Shown here: one piece after another, positions 48,526 to 58,703 of the stretch | Layout: each line of letters opens with the position of its first letter | How positions within the stretch are numbered: position 1 is the first letter of the stretch | NCBI GenBank assembly: GCA_041611735.1 | Contig: JBFIML010000008.1 | Coordinates: forward strand, 1-64,000 | Direction: 5' to 3' | Length of the DNA stretch: 64,000 bases | Source of the DNA: Myxococcota bacterium | Lineage (GTDB): Bacteria > Myxococcota_A > UBA9160 > PR03 | The notes under the pieces: model-generated | Database searches by the model: none | Told to the model about the DNA's origin: nothing | The model's input: the letters and a program-made list of their open reading frames with translations, nothing else | Made by a program: the position numbers and the translations under genes

Positions 48526-50156
48526 TCCAGGTACCCGAGAGCCCGGAGCCGCGCCGCCACCCGGGCCTCCTGGTCCGGGGTGTAGGCCCGGACGGGTGAG
48601 GCGCCGTCGGCCGGGTCGCCCCCTGCCGGCACGCCGAGGGCGGCAAGCAGCGCCGGGGCCACGTCTACGATGGAGGCGGGCAGCGGCCCGCCCGGCTGCG
48701 GGTCGCTGGCGATCAGGATCCCATCGGACCGGTGGGTGCCGTTCATGCCACGTCCCCGGCCCCCGGCGAGCTCGTCGTCGGCCAGGGTGTACACGGCGGG
48801 GCGTTGCGGCTCGCTCCAGGGCGTCGGCACCAGGGAGTGGGCATAGCCCTCCTCGAGGCCGAGCTCCACCACCACGTCGGGCGCCCGGTCGCTGCAGGGA
48901 CCGCGGTGCACCTCCTCGCGCCGCCGGGCCCGGGCCACCACCGGCCCGCCCCCGGGCAGCTTCCAGTCGAGCAGGGCTTCGATCACCTCGCCGCGCACGC
49001 GTTCGTAGTCCCGGGGCGCCACGCAGCCGGCCGCCTCGCGCCCGCGCAGGTTGATCCACACGCCGGGCTGGGTGTTGACCTCCTCGGAGAAGGCCGCCGT
49101 GCGGCTCCAGTCGAGGCCGCCGAAGCGCGCCGCGCTCTCGAGCCGCGCCGCGGGGCTCGGCAGGCGCCGGAAGATCGCCTGGGTGAGGCGCGGCGGGAGG
49201 GCCCGCAGCGCCGCGTCCCGGGCGCGCCGGGCGGCCGCGTCGAGCGCGCCGCCCGGCCGGCGCGTCAGCAGCCCGCAGTCGGCCAGGCGCCGGTTCAGGT
49301 GCACCACGCGGCGCGAGGCGCCGCCGCTGCCGTGATCCGAGACGACCAGGCAGAGCGCCTCCTCGCCGAAGGCCCCACGTAGCTCCCCCGCCGCCGCGTC
49401 GAGCCGTTCGTAGACGGCCGTCACCGCGCCCCGTCGCAGCGGGCTCGCCGCCGGGTCGTGGCGAGGCGAGGCGGGGTCGTGGTCGCGCCAGAAGTGGTGG
49501 GCCACCGTGTCGCTCTCCGAGAAGACCACCACGGCCAGCTCCGGCCGCCGTCCTTCCCCGGTGAGCCGGCGCAGGGCCTCGCTTGCGAAGGCCGTCTTGC
49601 GCTCGATCCGGGCCAGCAAGGTCGGGAGCGCGCGTTCGTGCCAGCCCTCCGGATGGCGGGTCTCGTCCAGGTCGGCGCGCATCCAGGGTCCGACGCGCTC
49701 TGCCACCGCCCGGTACAGGGCCGGATCGCTGGCGGAGCCGGCATCGGTGGCGGCGGAGACCGGGGCGTCGAAGCCCGGCACCAGCAGCCCGTCCAGGGGC
49801 TGCGGCGGGAAGCTGGCGGGAACGCCGAGACACAGGACGCGGCAGCCGGCCTGGGAGGCCCGGCCGGGGAACGAAGCGCCCCGGCGGTGGGTCGCGTTCA
49901 GGAAGGTGATCCGGTAGGCGCCGGGCTGCTTCTGGGTGAAGTCGAAGATGCCGTGGTGAGCGGGCTCGAGCCCGGTCAGGAACGAGGACCAGGCCGGGAA
50001 GCTCATGGGGGGGGTCGTGCTGGCCAGCGGCCGTGCCGCGCCCTCCGCCATCCAGCGCGCCAGGTGGGGCAGTCGTCCCGCCGCCGCCAGCGGACGCAAG
50101 ACGTCGAAGGTGGCGCCGTCCAGACCGATCACCAGCACCGGACGCCGGACGGCCAC
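48522..50156 (-). CDS. Alkaline-phosphatase superfamily (type I phosphodiesterase/NPP-like) protein
   Basis: [43 protein letters not shown]-terminal LRALGYLE. Confidence 0.88.
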   Translation of the reverse strand: MAVRRPVLVIGLDGATFDVLRPLAAAGRLPHLARWMAEGAARPLASTTPPMSFPAWSSFLTGLEPAHHGIFDFTQKQPGAYRITFLNATHRRGASFPGRASQAGCRVLCLGVPASFPPQPLDGLLVPGFDAPVSAATDAGSASDPALYRAVAERVGPWMRADLDETRHPEGWHERALPTLLARIERKTAFASEALRRLTGEGRRPELAVVVFSESDTVAHHFWRDHDPASPRHDPAASPLRRGAVTAVYERLDAAAGELRGAFGEEALCLVVSDHGSGGASRRVVHLNRRLADCGLLTRRPGGALDAAARRARDAALRALPPRLTQAIFRRLPSPAARLESAARFGGLDWSRTAAFSEEVNTQPGVWINLRGREAAGCVAPRDYERVRGEVIEALLDWKLPGGGPVVARARRREEVHRGPCSDRAPDVVVELGLEEGYAHSLVPTPWSEPQRPAVYTLADDELAGGRGRGMNGTHRSDGILIASDPQPGGPLPASIVDVAPALLAALGVPAGGDPADGASPVRAYTPDQEARVAARLRALGYLE

Positions 50157-50160
50157 GCCG

Positions 50161-51171
50161 CTACCCGAGCTGCTCGACGATGGCGTCGGTGATGCGGTCC
50201 AGGTTCGCCTCGCCGCCCAGGTCGCGGGTGCGGTTGCGGGGCTCCGCCAGGGCGGCGTACACCGCGGCCTCGATGCGGCGCGCGGCCTCGGTCTCCTCCA
50301 GGTGTCGCATCATCTCCGCGGCCGAGAGGATCACGGCGCTGGGGTTGGCCAGCCGCTTGCCGGCGATGTCGGGAGCGCTGCCGTGCACCGCCTCGAAGAC
50401 GGCGCAGTCGTCGCCCACGTTCATGCCGGGCACCACCCCGAGGCCCCCCACCAGCCCCGCGCAGAGGTCCGAGAGGATGTCCCCGTAGAGGTTCTCGAGC
50501 AGCAGCACGTCGAAGCGGGCAGGGTCCCGCACCAGCTGCATGGCGCAGTTGTCGATGATCAGCTCCTCGTACTCGATCTCCGTGTGGTCGCGGGCCACCT
50601 TGCGGGCGCACTCGAGGAACAGGCCGTCCGAAAGCTTCATGATGTTCGCTTTGTGGACGGCCGTGACCTTGCGGCGCCCCTGGCGCTCAGCCAGGCGGAA
50701 GGCGTAGCTCGAGATGCGCAGGCAGGCGCGCTCCGTCACCACCTTCAGGCTCTCCACGATGCCGGGCGCCACCCGGTGCTCGAGGCCCGAGTAGAGCCCC
50801 TCGGTGTTCTCGCGCACCAGCACCAGGTCTACGTTCTCGAAGCGGGCGGGGACCGAGGGGATGGAGCGCACCGGGCGGACGCAGGCGTACAGATCCAGGC
50901 CCTGGCGCAGCTGTACGTTCGCGCTCCTGAAGCCGCCCCCGATCGGGGTGGTGACGGGACCCTTCAGGGCGACCCCGGTGCGGCGGATGGAGCGGAACAC
51001 CTCGTCCGGGACGGGGCTTCCGTACTTGGCGACCACCTCGGCGCCGGCCTCGACGCGCTCCCAACGGATCGGGACGCCGGCGGCCTCGAGGACCCGGAGG
51101 GCGGCCCCGGTCACCTCGGGCCCGATGCCGTCCCCGGAGATCAGGGTGATGGCGTGCGGCTGGCTCGACAC
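50161..51171 (-). CDS. icd: Isocitrate/isopropylmalate dehydrogenase family, likely NAD-dependent isocitrate dehydrogenase
   Basis: [60 protein letters not shown]. Confidence 0.8.
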   Translation of the reverse strand: MSSQPHAITLISGDGIGPEVTGAALRVLEAAGVPIRWERVEAGAEVVAKYGSPVPDEVFRSIRRTGVALKGPVTTPIGGGFRSANVQLRQGLDLYACVRPVRSIPSVPARFENVDLVLVRENTEGLYSGLEHRVAPGIVESLKVVTERACLRISSYAFRLAERQGRRKVTAVHKANIMKLSDGLFLECARKVARDHTEIEYEELIIDNCAMQLVRDPARFDVLLLENLYGDILSDLCAGLVGGLGVVPGMNVGDDCAVFEAVHGSAPDIAGKRLANPSAVILSAAEMMRHLEETEAARRIEAAVYAALAEPRNRTRDLGGEANLDRITDAIVEQLG

Positions 51172-51193
51172 TGGACTGGAATCCTCCTATATT
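51165..51193 (+). promoter_or_regulatory. Putative sigma70 promoter of rplC-rlmE
   Basis: TCGACA-17 nt-TATATT, overlapping the divergent icd start codon. Confidence 0.65.
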
Positions 51194-51231
51194 CCGGCGC
51201 CTTGCGAACCCCCTGCGCGGAGAGCCCCGCC

Positions 51232-51876
51232 GTGAGCCTCGAGATCCTGTGCCGCAAGATCGGCATGACGCGCGTCTTCGATGAAGAGGGCCAGGCCCTG
51301 CCGGTGACGGTGCTCGAGGCCGGCCCGAACGTCGTCGTCCAGAAGAAGACCGAAGCAACCGATGGCTACAGCGCCCTCCAGCTCGGCTTCGCGGACTGCA
51401 AGCCACGCAACGTGACCCGCCCCCGGGCCGGCCACTTCCGCAAGGCCGGCAGCGAGCCCAGGCGCCACCTCAGCGAATGCCGCGTAACCCCCGAAGATGC
51501 CGAATCCTACCAGGTCGGCCAGGAAATCCGCTGCGACGTGTTCCAGAAGGGGCAGCGGGTGGACGTGATCGGCACCAGCAAGGGGCGCGGCACCGCGGGC
51601 GTCGTGAAGCGCCACAACTTCTCCGTGCACGGAGCCACCCACGGCACCCACGAGTACTTCCGCCACGGGGGGTCGATCGGCGCCAGCGCCTTCCCCTCCC
51701 GGGTCATCAAGGGCATGCGTATGCCGGGCCGTCACGGCAACTCCCGGGTCACCGTCCGCAACGTCGAGGTCGTCGGAGTCGACCGGGAGCGGAACCTGCT
51801 CCTGCTGCGCGGCGCCGTGCCGGGCCATCCCAACGGCCTGGTGCGCGTGCGCCCCGCCGTGGCCGTGCGCGGCTGA
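51232..51876 (+). CDS. rplC: 50S ribosomal protein L3
   Basis: RKIGMTRVF, PVTVLE, DGYSALQLG, SKGRGTAGVVKRHNF, GSIG, MPGRHG, LLRGAVPG; GTG 51232 with GGAGA RBS. Confidence 0.97.
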   Translation: MSLEILCRKIGMTRVFDEEGQALPVTVLEAGPNVVVQKKTEATDGYSALQLGFADCKPRNVTRPRAGHFRKAGSEPRRHLSECRVTPEDAESYQVGQEIRCDVFQKGQRVDVIGTSKGRGTAGVVKRHNFSVHGATHGTHEYFRHGGSIGASAFPSRVIKGMRMPGRHGNSRVTVRNVEVVGVDRERNLLLLRGAVPGHPNGLVRVRPAVAVRG

Positions 51877-51880
51877 TCCC

Positions 51881-52474
51881 ACGGCCTACCGCCGCAAGGA
51901 CGCCCTCCACCAGCGCGCCAAGCGCGAGGGCTACCGGTCGCGAGCCGCCTACAAGCTGCTCGAACTCCAGCGCGCCCACGGGCTGCTACGCCCCGGCCAG
52001 CGGGTGGTGGACCTCGGCTGCTGGCCCGGGGGCTGGCTGCAGGTGGCGGCGCGGAGGGTGGGGCCGGCGGGGCGGGTGGTCGGGGTGGACGTGGCGGAGG
52101 TGGAGCCCCTCGAGGGGTTTGCGAACGTGTTCCTGATCCAGGCGGACCTCACCGAGCCAGCGGTGGTCGAGGGAATTCTCGAGCTCCTCGGGGGCCCTGC
52201 GGACGTGTTCCTGTGCGATGCCGCTCCCAAGCTGACGGGCGTGCGGGCCACCGACCGCGCCCGGGAGGAGGCGCTGCTGCAGGCGGTGGAGGCCCTGGTG
52301 CCGCGCCTGCTGCGGCCTCGGGGGGACCTCGTACTCAAGCTGCTGGACGCTCCGGAGGCCGAGGCGGTGGCGTCGCGGCTGCGGCCCCGCTTCGCCCACG
52401 CCCGCGTCACGCGCCTGGCCGCCACCCGTCGCGGAAGCAGCGAGCGGTATCTGATAGGCCGGGGACGTTCTTGA
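51881..52474 (+). CDS. rlmE: 23S rRNA Um2552 methyltransferase RlmE (FtsJ); apparent ACG start
   Basis: (T/M)AYRRKD...AKREGYRSRAAYKL, DLGCWPGGW, CDAAP, VLKL, SSERY; the K-D-K-E tetrad is intact. Confidence 0.9.
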   Translation, partial: TAYRRKDALHQRAKREGYRSRAAYKLLELQRAHGLLRPGQRVVDLGCWPGGWLQVAARRVGPAGRVVGVDVAEVEPLEGFANVFLIQADLTEPAVVEGILELLGGPADVFLCDAAPKLTGVRATDRAREEALLQAVEALVPRLLRPRGDLVLKLLDAPEAEAVASRLRPRFAHARVTRLAATRRGSSERYLIGRGRS

Positions 52475-52518
52475 CGAAGCGACTTTCTCCCTCGGCGACC
52501 CGGCCGGGAAGAAGCGGA

Positions 52519-53886
52519 TCAGTCAAGAACCTCCCCCTCCAGGTCGACGCCGCGGACGGCGGTGAGGCGGGCCCGGCGCAGGTCGCCCGGCCGCGCCGAG
52601 CCGCGCACCCGCACGTGCCCGTCGATCTCCGGCGCCTGGGAGGGAAGCCGGCCGCGAGCGATCCCGTTGCCGCCGGCATCGATCAGGAGCGTCTGCTCGC
52701 TTCCCACCAGGACCTCGAGCTTCTGGCGCAGGATCTCGCCCTGGACCGCCAGCAGCCGGCGATGACGCTCCCGGGCCACCCGGACCGGGACCTTGCCCGG
52801 GAGCTGGAAGGCCGCCGTCCCCTCCTCGTCCGAGTAGCGGAAGAAGCCGACGCGGTCGAAGCGCAGCTCGCGGACGAAGTCGAGCAGCTCCTCGAAGTCC
52901 GACGCCGTCTCGCCCGGAAAGCCCACGATGAAGGTGGTGCGGAGCGTGACGTCGGGAATGGCCGCGCGCAGCCGCTCCACCAGCCGCCGCTGGCGGTGCT
53001 GGGTGGTGCCCCGTCGCATGGCGCGTAGCACGCGGTCGCTCGCGTGCTGCAGGGGCACGTCCACGTAGGGAAGGACCCGCCGCGCTCCCGCCACGGCCTC
53101 GATCAGCTCGTCACCGACGGCGCTCGGGTATAGGTAGAGCAGGCGGATCCAGTCGAGGCCCTCCACGGCGTCGAGGGCCCGCACCAGGTCGACGAGCCTG
53201 GGGCGCGCCGTCCCGGTCGCCGGCAGGTCCTTGCCCCACGAGGTCGAATCCTGGGCCACCAGGTTGAGCTCCCGCACGCCGAGGGCGGCCAGCTGCCGGG
53301 CCTCCGCCAGGACCGACTCGAGCGTGCGGCTCTGGAAGCGCCCGCGGATGCCCGGGATCGCGCAGAAGGCGCAGATCCGGTCGCAGCCCTCGGCGATCTT
53401 CAGGTAGGCGCTGTGAGCGGGCCCGGTCAGGATGCGCGGGTCGTGCTCGTCGTAAAGGTGGGTCCGGCCGGCCTCCACGTACACGCCACGCCCCCGACCC
53501 GCCAGGGCGTCGTCCAGGATGCGCGGCAGGTTCGGGAACTCCCCGGTGCCGACGAAGGCGTCCACCTCCGGGAGCTCCCGGGCCAGCTCGGCGCCGTAGC
53601 GTTGGGGCAGACAGCCCGTCACCACCAGCGCCCGCAGGCTCCCGCGCTCGCGCAGCTCCGCCACCTCGAGGATGGCCTGGATCGATTCCTCGCGAGCCGC
53701 CGCGATGAACGAGCAGGTGTTGACCACGGCCACGTCGGCGTCCTCGAGGCGCTCCGCCAGGACGTAGCCGGCCACGGCCAGGCGCCCGAGCATGACCTCG
53801 GTGTCGAGCTGGTTCTTCGGGCAGCCGAGCGAGCGGAAGTGAACCCGCGCCCCGGCGGCGAGGGCCACGGCGGACGACGACGCCAT
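52519..53886 (-). CDS. rimO: Ribosomal protein S12 methylthiotransferase
   Basis: [61 protein letters not shown]. Confidence 0.95.
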   Translation of the reverse strand: MASSSAVALAAGARVHFRSLGCPKNQLDTEVMLGRLAVAGYVLAERLEDADVAVVNTCSFIAAAREESIQAILEVAELRERGSLRALVVTGCLPQRYGAELARELPEVDAFVGTGEFPNLPRILDDALAGRGRGVYVEAGRTHLYDEHDPRILTGPAHSAYLKIAEGCDRICAFCAIPGIRGRFQSRTLESVLAEARQLAALGVRELNLVAQDSTSWGKDLPATGTARPRLVDLVRALDAVEGLDWIRLLYLYPSAVGDELIEAVAGARRVLPYVDVPLQHASDRVLRAMRRGTTQHRQRRLVERLRAAIPDVTLRTTFIVGFPGETASDFEELLDFVRELRFDRVGFFRYSDEEGTAAFQLPGKVPVRVARERHRRLLAVQGEILRQKLEVLVGSEQTLLIDAGGNGIARGRLPSQAPEIDGHVRVRGSARPGDLRRARLTAVRGVDLEGEVLD

Positions 53887-53966
53887 GGCGACGCAGGGTA
53901 GCAGGGGGTCGCCGGGGCCCGGGGCCTCGCATACCCTCGCCACCCGCTCCACCGGGAGATGACGCC

Positions 53967-54461
53967 GTGTCCGAACGCCCGTTCCGTGTGCTCGGAGTGC
54001 AGCAGATCGCCGTCGGCGCCCGGGACAAGGCCGCCCTGCGCCGGCTGTGGATCGACCTGCTCGGCCTCACGCCGGAGGGCTCGTTCCGGAGCGAGACGGA
54101 GAACGTGGACGAGGACATCGCCGTGGCGGGCGCCGGGGCCCTGCGCGTCGAGGTGGATCTGATGCAGCCCATCGACCCGGAGAAGCGACCGCGCGTACAC
54201 GAGCCACCGCTCAACCACGTGGGGCTGTGGGTGGACGACCTGCCGGCGGCCGTCGCGTGGCTGGGGGAGCGGGGGGTCCGCTTCACCCCGGGCGGCATCC
54301 GCAAGGGCGCGGCGGGCCACCCGGTCTGCTTCATCCATCCCAAGGGGAGCGAGTCCGAGCCCGTGGGGGGCGAGGGGGTGCTGATCGAGCTGGTGCAGGC
54401 GCCCCCCGAGGTGATCGCCGCGGTCCGGGCGGCGTCCGGCCCGGGGCCCGCGAGGCCCTGA
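53967..54461 (+). CDS. VOC/glyoxalase family protein, methylmalonyl-CoA epimerase-like
   Basis: [46 protein letters not shown]. Confidence 0.75.
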   Translation: MSERPFRVLGVQQIAVGARDKAALRRLWIDLLGLTPEGSFRSETENVDEDIAVAGAGALRVEVDLMQPIDPEKRPRVHEPPLNHVGLWVDDLPAAVAWLGERGVRFTPGGIRKGAAGHPVCFIHPKGSESEPVGGEGVLIELVQAPPEVIAAVRAASGPGPARP

Positions 54462-54492
54462 ACGGCCTCGAATCGGAATGCTTTCCACTCCT

Positions 54493-54519
54493 GCGGGGCA
54501 GGGGCTTCCCCTGCCCCGC
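54493..54519 (+). terminator. Perfect 12-bp hairpin after the VOC gene
   Basis: GCGGGGCAGGGG-CTT-CCCCTGCCCCGC. Confidence 0.6.
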
Positions 54520-54640
54520 GCGCCCGCGCTAGCATGGAAACCTGAAACCCTCGGGGCAGGTTTACGTCCAATCTGCAAAGCCGTGGAGTGCCCCGACCCT
54601 GGCTCCCCCCCCACACGGGGCCGGACTGGAGGAGACATCC

Positions 54641-55954
54641 GTGATGCATGCGCGCCCGCGCCGAATTCTCGCCTGGATCGCCGCCGCCGTGCTCGCCGCA
54701 CCGGCGGCCGTCGCTCAGGAGGACACCGGAGTCGCCCCGCCCTTCAAGGAAGGCGACATCATCACCTTCGACAAGCTCGAGAAGATCCGGCCCTATCTGC
54801 CGCCGGAGTTCTGGGCGAACCGGGACTTCTTCTTCTACGAGGGCATGAAGATGGAGATCGGGCCCTCGAACCGGGACTACTCCCCGGCTGCGGAGTTCAA
54901 GGAGGCCACGGCCCAGTTCAAGGGCCAATCCAAGATCGGCCCCGACCAGAGTCTCCAGGGCTACACCGCCGGCACGCCCTTCCCCATGGAGAGCATCGAC
55001 TGCAAGGGCGACCCGCAGGCCGGCACCAAGATCATGTGGAACCACGACTACCAGTGGACCGGCGACGGCGCCGACGCCCGCTACTACTACTCCTACTGGG
55101 ACCGTGGCGAGGAGCTGCCGCTCTACTACCAGGGCACCTCGAAGACCATCCAGCTCGCCAACCGGGTCGAGAAGGAGTACCTGGAGAAGAGCGAGGGCGA
55201 CATGTTCCGCGGCGAGAAGCGGAAGTTCGCCTTCGGCATCGAGGTGGAGGCACCCTTCGACGCGCGCGGCATCATGCTGCTCACGTATCGCTACAAGTCC
55301 TCGGACATGGCGCGCGCCCAGGCCAAGAACGACGACACCTGGGTCTACGTGCCCACCCTGCGCCGCGTGCGCCGCATCTCGACGGCGCAGCGCACCGACG
55401 CGGTGGCCGGCACGGACTTCACGTTCGACGACCTGCGCAGCTTCTCCGGCATCGTGCCCCAGTACGAGTGGAGCTGTCTCGGCGAGATGGACATCATGGC
55501 CCCCATGAACACCAAGGTGAAGGCCTATCCGGAGAGCAAGGACCACAACTTTGGTCCCTACGGTCTGTCGTATGCCGATGATCGCTGGGAGGTGCGGCGC
55601 GTGGTGAAGGTGCGCATGAAGCCCAAGAACCAGGACCACCCCTATCACCACAAGGACATCTACATCGACAAGGAAGCGATCACGGCGCTCTACTCCTTCG
55701 CCTACGACCAGAAGGAAGAGCTCTGGAAGATCATCTGGCACAACCACCGCTGGAGCGGCGATGGCACCTGGTACAAGGGCTGGGACGGCATCTCGGATCC
55801 GCGCGACCTGCGCATCATCTCCGACATGATCGTGAACGTGCAGACCGGCACCGGCAACCGGATCGAGTTCTGGGACAGCCACGGCAGCCCGTTCGCGAGC
55901 AAGGGCAAGGTGCGGCGCTACATCGACGTGGGCCGCCTCACCAAGGGCCGCTAG
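54641..55954 (+). CDS. DUF1329 family exported protein
   Basis: Signal peptide (AVA-Q), GTPFP, DPQAGTKIMWN, WVYVPTLRRVRR, TDFTFDD, WEVRRV, HPY. Confidence 0.8.
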   Translation: MMHARPRRILAWIAAAVLAAPAAVAQEDTGVAPPFKEGDIITFDKLEKIRPYLPPEFWANRDFFFYEGMKMEIGPSNRDYSPAAEFKEATAQFKGQSKIGPDQSLQGYTAGTPFPMESIDCKGDPQAGTKIMWNHDYQWTGDGADARYYYSYWDRGEELPLYYQGTSKTIQLANRVEKEYLEKSEGDMFRGEKRKFAFGIEVEAPFDARGIMLLTYRYKSSDMARAQAKNDDTWVYVPTLRRVRRISTAQRTDAVAGTDFTFDDLRSFSGIVPQYEWSCLGEMDIMAPMNTKVKAYPESKDHNFGPYGLSYADDRWEVRRVVKVRMKPKNQDHPYHHKDIYIDKEAITALYSFAYDQKEELWKIIWHNHRWSGDGTWYKGWDGISDPRDLRIISDMIVNVQTGTGNRIEFWDSHGSPFASKGKVRRYIDVGRLTKGR

Positions 55955-55975
55955 CCCCGACGGGCACGCGACACG

Positions 55976-56006
55976 CGGGGCCGGGACGCCAGGCGTCCCG
56001 GCCCCG
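55976..56006 (+). terminator. Intrinsic-terminator-like perfect inverted repeat after the DUF1329 gene
   Basis: CGGGGCCGGGACGCC-A-GGCGTCCCGGCCCCG followed by TCTGCGTT. Confidence 0.7.
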
Positions 56007-56082
56007 TCTGCGTTCCGGGAGGGGTTGCGTCGGGCATCCGGGGCTGCTGTGCTCGGGGGTCCGAACCCGCCCAGGAGGGCGC

Positions 56083-57237
56083 ATGCCCGACACGGTCGAG
56101 CCCTATCGGATCCAGGTCCCCGACGCCGTTCTGGAAGACCTGAGCCAGCGCCTGGCGCGCACGCGCTTCCCCGACCAGCTCGAGGGCGCTGGCTGGGACT
56201 ACGGCACCGAGCTCGGCTATCTGCGCGAGCTGATCCAGTACTGGCGCGAGAAGTTCGACTGGCGGGCCCGCGAGGCCCGGCTCAACCGCCTTCCTCACTT
56301 CCGTACGGCGATCGACGGGCGCAAGCTCCACTTCATCCACGCCCGCTCGCCCCGGCCGGATGCCGTGCCGCTGCTCATGCTCCACGGCTGGCCAGGATCC
56401 GTCTGCGTGTTCGACAAGGTGATCGAGCCCCTGGCCGACCCGGCAGCGCACGGCGGGCGCGCCGAGCCGGCCTTCCACGTGGTGGTGCCCTCGCTGCCCG
56501 GCTATGGCTTCTCGGATCCGCCGCGGGAGCGGGGCTTCGACGTGCGGAGCGTGGCGGAGACCCTGGCGAAGCTCATGGCCCGCCTGGGCTACGACCGCTA
56601 CGGGGTCCAGGGCGGCGACTGGGGCGCCATGATCGCCTCCCACCTGGGTCTCGTGGATGCGGAGCACCTGCGCGGTATCCACCTGAACTTCGTGGTCGCC
56701 CTGCCGCCCCCCGGCGGCGATCCCCTGCAAGGCCTCACCGATGCCGAGAAGGCCGCCTTCGCGGACATGCTGCGCTTCCAGCAGGAGGAGACCGGCTACT
56801 CGAGCATCCAGGGCACCAAGCCCCAGAGCCTCGGCTACGGGCTCAACGACTCGCCGGCCGGCCTGGCGGCGTGGATCGTGGAGAAGTTCCGGACCTGGAG
56901 CGACTGCGAGGGCGACGTGGAGCGCCGCTTCAGCAAGGACGAGCTGCTCACCAACATCACGATCTACTGGGTGACCCAGAGCATCACCGCCTCCACGCGG
57001 CTCTACTACGAGACCATGAAGGCCGGGCGCTGGGGGCCGGTTCCCGAGCGCGTGGAGGTGCCGACCGGCTGCGCGATCTTCCCGCGGGAGATCCTGCGCC
57101 CGCCGCGGCCCTGGGCCGAGCGCCTCTACAACGTGGTCCACTGGACCGAGATGCCGTCCGGCGGGCACTTCGCCGCCCTGGAGGAGCCCGAGCGCCTGGT
57201 GGCGGACGTGCGCGCCTTTGCCCGGAAGCTCCCCTGA
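56083..57237 (+). CDS. Epoxide hydrolase (EHN-domain alpha/beta hydrolase)
   Basis: HGWPGS, PSLPGYGFS, QGGDWG, DSPAGLAAWI, GGHFAALEEP. Confidence 0.93.
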   Translation: MPDTVEPYRIQVPDAVLEDLSQRLARTRFPDQLEGAGWDYGTELGYLRELIQYWREKFDWRAREARLNRLPHFRTAIDGRKLHFIHARSPRPDAVPLLMLHGWPGSVCVFDKVIEPLADPAAHGGRAEPAFHVVVPSLPGYGFSDPPRERGFDVRSVAETLAKLMARLGYDRYGVQGGDWGAMIASHLGLVDAEHLRGIHLNFVVALPPPGGDPLQGLTDAEKAAFADMLRFQQEETGYSSIQGTKPQSLGYGLNDSPAGLAAWIVEKFRTWSDCEGDVERRFSKDELLTNITIYWVTQSITASTRLYYETMKAGRWGPVPERVEVPTGCAIFPREILRPPRPWAERLYNVVHWTEMPSGGHFAALEEPERLVADVRAFARKLP

Positions 57238-57288
57238 GCGCTTCGATGGAGATCGCTGGCCCCGGCGCCCGGTCGCTATGCTCCGGAC

Positions 57289-57981
57289 ATGGGAAGGGGC
57301 GGTGCCATTCGTCGCTGGGCCGTGCGGATCGCGATCGCACTCACGATCGTCGGGCTCGCCGTCTTCGCCAACGCCTCGCAGCTCCTCCAGCGGGCACTGG
57401 AGACCCTGGAAGGCCTCGGGCCGGCGGCGCCCGCCCTGTTCCTGGCGCTCTACGTCGCCACCTGCGTCCTCTTCGTGCCGTCCTTCGTGTTCACCTTTGC
57501 GGCGGGCGCTCTCTTCGGTCTCCCGCTCGGCGTGGCGCTGAGCCTGCTCGGCACGGGGCTCGGGTCCGTGGCGGCCTTCGCCGTCGGACGCCACCTGGCT
57601 CGCGACGCGGTGACGCGCGCCTTCGCGGAGAATCGCCAGTTCCAGGCCCTGGCCGGCGCGGTGGCGCGCCGCGGCTGGAAGATCGTGGCCCTGGCGCGCC
57701 TCTCGCCGGTCTTCCCGTTCCTGGTCGGAAACTACGCCTTCGGCGTGACGGGCATCCCGGCGCGCCACTACTTCGTGGCCTCGGTGCTGGGGACGATCCC
57801 CTCCGCCACCGTCTACGTCTACGTGGGCACCCTGGCCGGCGACCTGGCGGCGGCCTCGGAGCGGGGCCGCACGCCCCTCGAATGGGCCCTGTTCCTGGCC
57901 GGGCTCGCTGCCACCGTGATCCTCACCCTCTACGTACGGCGCGTGGCGCGGGTCGCCCTGGAGCGGGAAGTTCCCTCCTGA
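57289..57981 (+). CDS. TVP38/TMEM64 (DedA/SNARE-associated) membrane protein
   Basis: AAGALFG, GRHLAR, RLSPVFPF..NYAFG, GTIP. Confidence 0.9.
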   Translation: MGRGGAIRRWAVRIAIALTIVGLAVFANASQLLQRALETLEGLGPAAPALFLALYVATCVLFVPSFVFTFAAGALFGLPLGVALSLLGTGLGSVAAFAVGRHLARDAVTRAFAENRQFQALAGAVARRGWKIVALARLSPVFPFLVGNYAFGVTGIPARHYFVASVLGTIPSATVYVYVGTLAGDLAAASERGRTPLEWALFLAGLAATVILTLYVRRVARVALEREVPS

Positions 57982-58011
57982 CTCCCGCCCCGGCGGCGTG
58001 GACAACGAGAT

Positions 58012-58025
58012 TGAAACATGTTCTA
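58012..58025. promoter_or_regulatory. KstR-type operator
   Basis: TGAAACATGTTCTA is an exact match to TnnAACnnGTTnnA. It lies 11 nt before the regulator ATG and overlaps a candidate promoter TGGACA-17-TCTAAT (57999-58027). Confidence 0.8.
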
Positions 58026-58036
58026 ATCGTGGCCCC

Positions 58037-58699
58037 ATGGGCGCGCGCACCCGTTCCGAGGCGGCGGCGGGCGGAGCCGGGTTGCCGGAGCTGCCCGGGG
58101 CACGCCTCGCCGCCAACCAGCTGCGGCGCATGCGGCGCGTGGTCGACGCGGCGGTGCGGCTGGCCGAGAAGGGCGGCTTCGAAGGGGTGCGCCTGCGCGA
58201 CGTGGCGGAGCACTCGGGCGTCGCCCTCGGCACGCTCTACAAGTACTTCCACAGCAAGGAGGACATCCTCCTCTTCGCGCTGAACGAGGAGCTCGAGCGC
58301 GTCGAGCAGGCCCTGGCCGAGCGCCCGGCCTCGGGCCGCACTCCCCTCGCGCGGGTCACCGACTTCTTCCGCCGCGCCACCGAGGCCTTCCTCGGCAATC
58401 CGCAGCTCGGCCGCGCCGTGCTGCGTGCCATGGCGGGCGGCGACGCGGAGACGGCGGTGCGCATCGCCGGGGCCCAGCTGCGGGTGGCACGCCTGGTGGT
58501 GGCGGCCCTGCACGGGGAGACGCCGGACCTCGCGGCCGCTCGGGAGGCCGAGCTCGGCGACGAGCGCGAGCGCCGCATTGCCCTCACGCTCCAGTACGTG
58601 TGGTTCGCGGCGCTGGTCGGCTGGTCCGTGGGCATCCACCCCGAGTCGGCCGTGATCCACCACGTGCGCACGGCGGCGGAGCTGATCCTGAAACGGTGA
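58037..58699 (+). CDS. kstR: TetR-family regulator, KstR-like
   Basis: RRVVDAAVRLAEKGGFEGVRLRDVAEHSGVALGTLYKYFHSK closely resembles the KstR HTH; C-terminal VWFAALVGW; operator and ltp3/ltp4 context. Confidence 0.75.
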   Translation: MGARTRSEAAAGGAGLPELPGARLAANQLRRMRRVVDAAVRLAEKGGFEGVRLRDVAEHSGVALGTLYKYFHSKEDILLFALNEELERVEQALAERPASGRTPLARVTDFFRRATEAFLGNPQLGRAVLRAMAGGDAETAVRIAGAQLRVARLVVAALHGETPDLAAAREAELGDERERRIALTLQYVWFAALVGWSVGIHPESAVIHHVRTAAELILKR

Positions 58700-58703
58700 C
58701 CCG

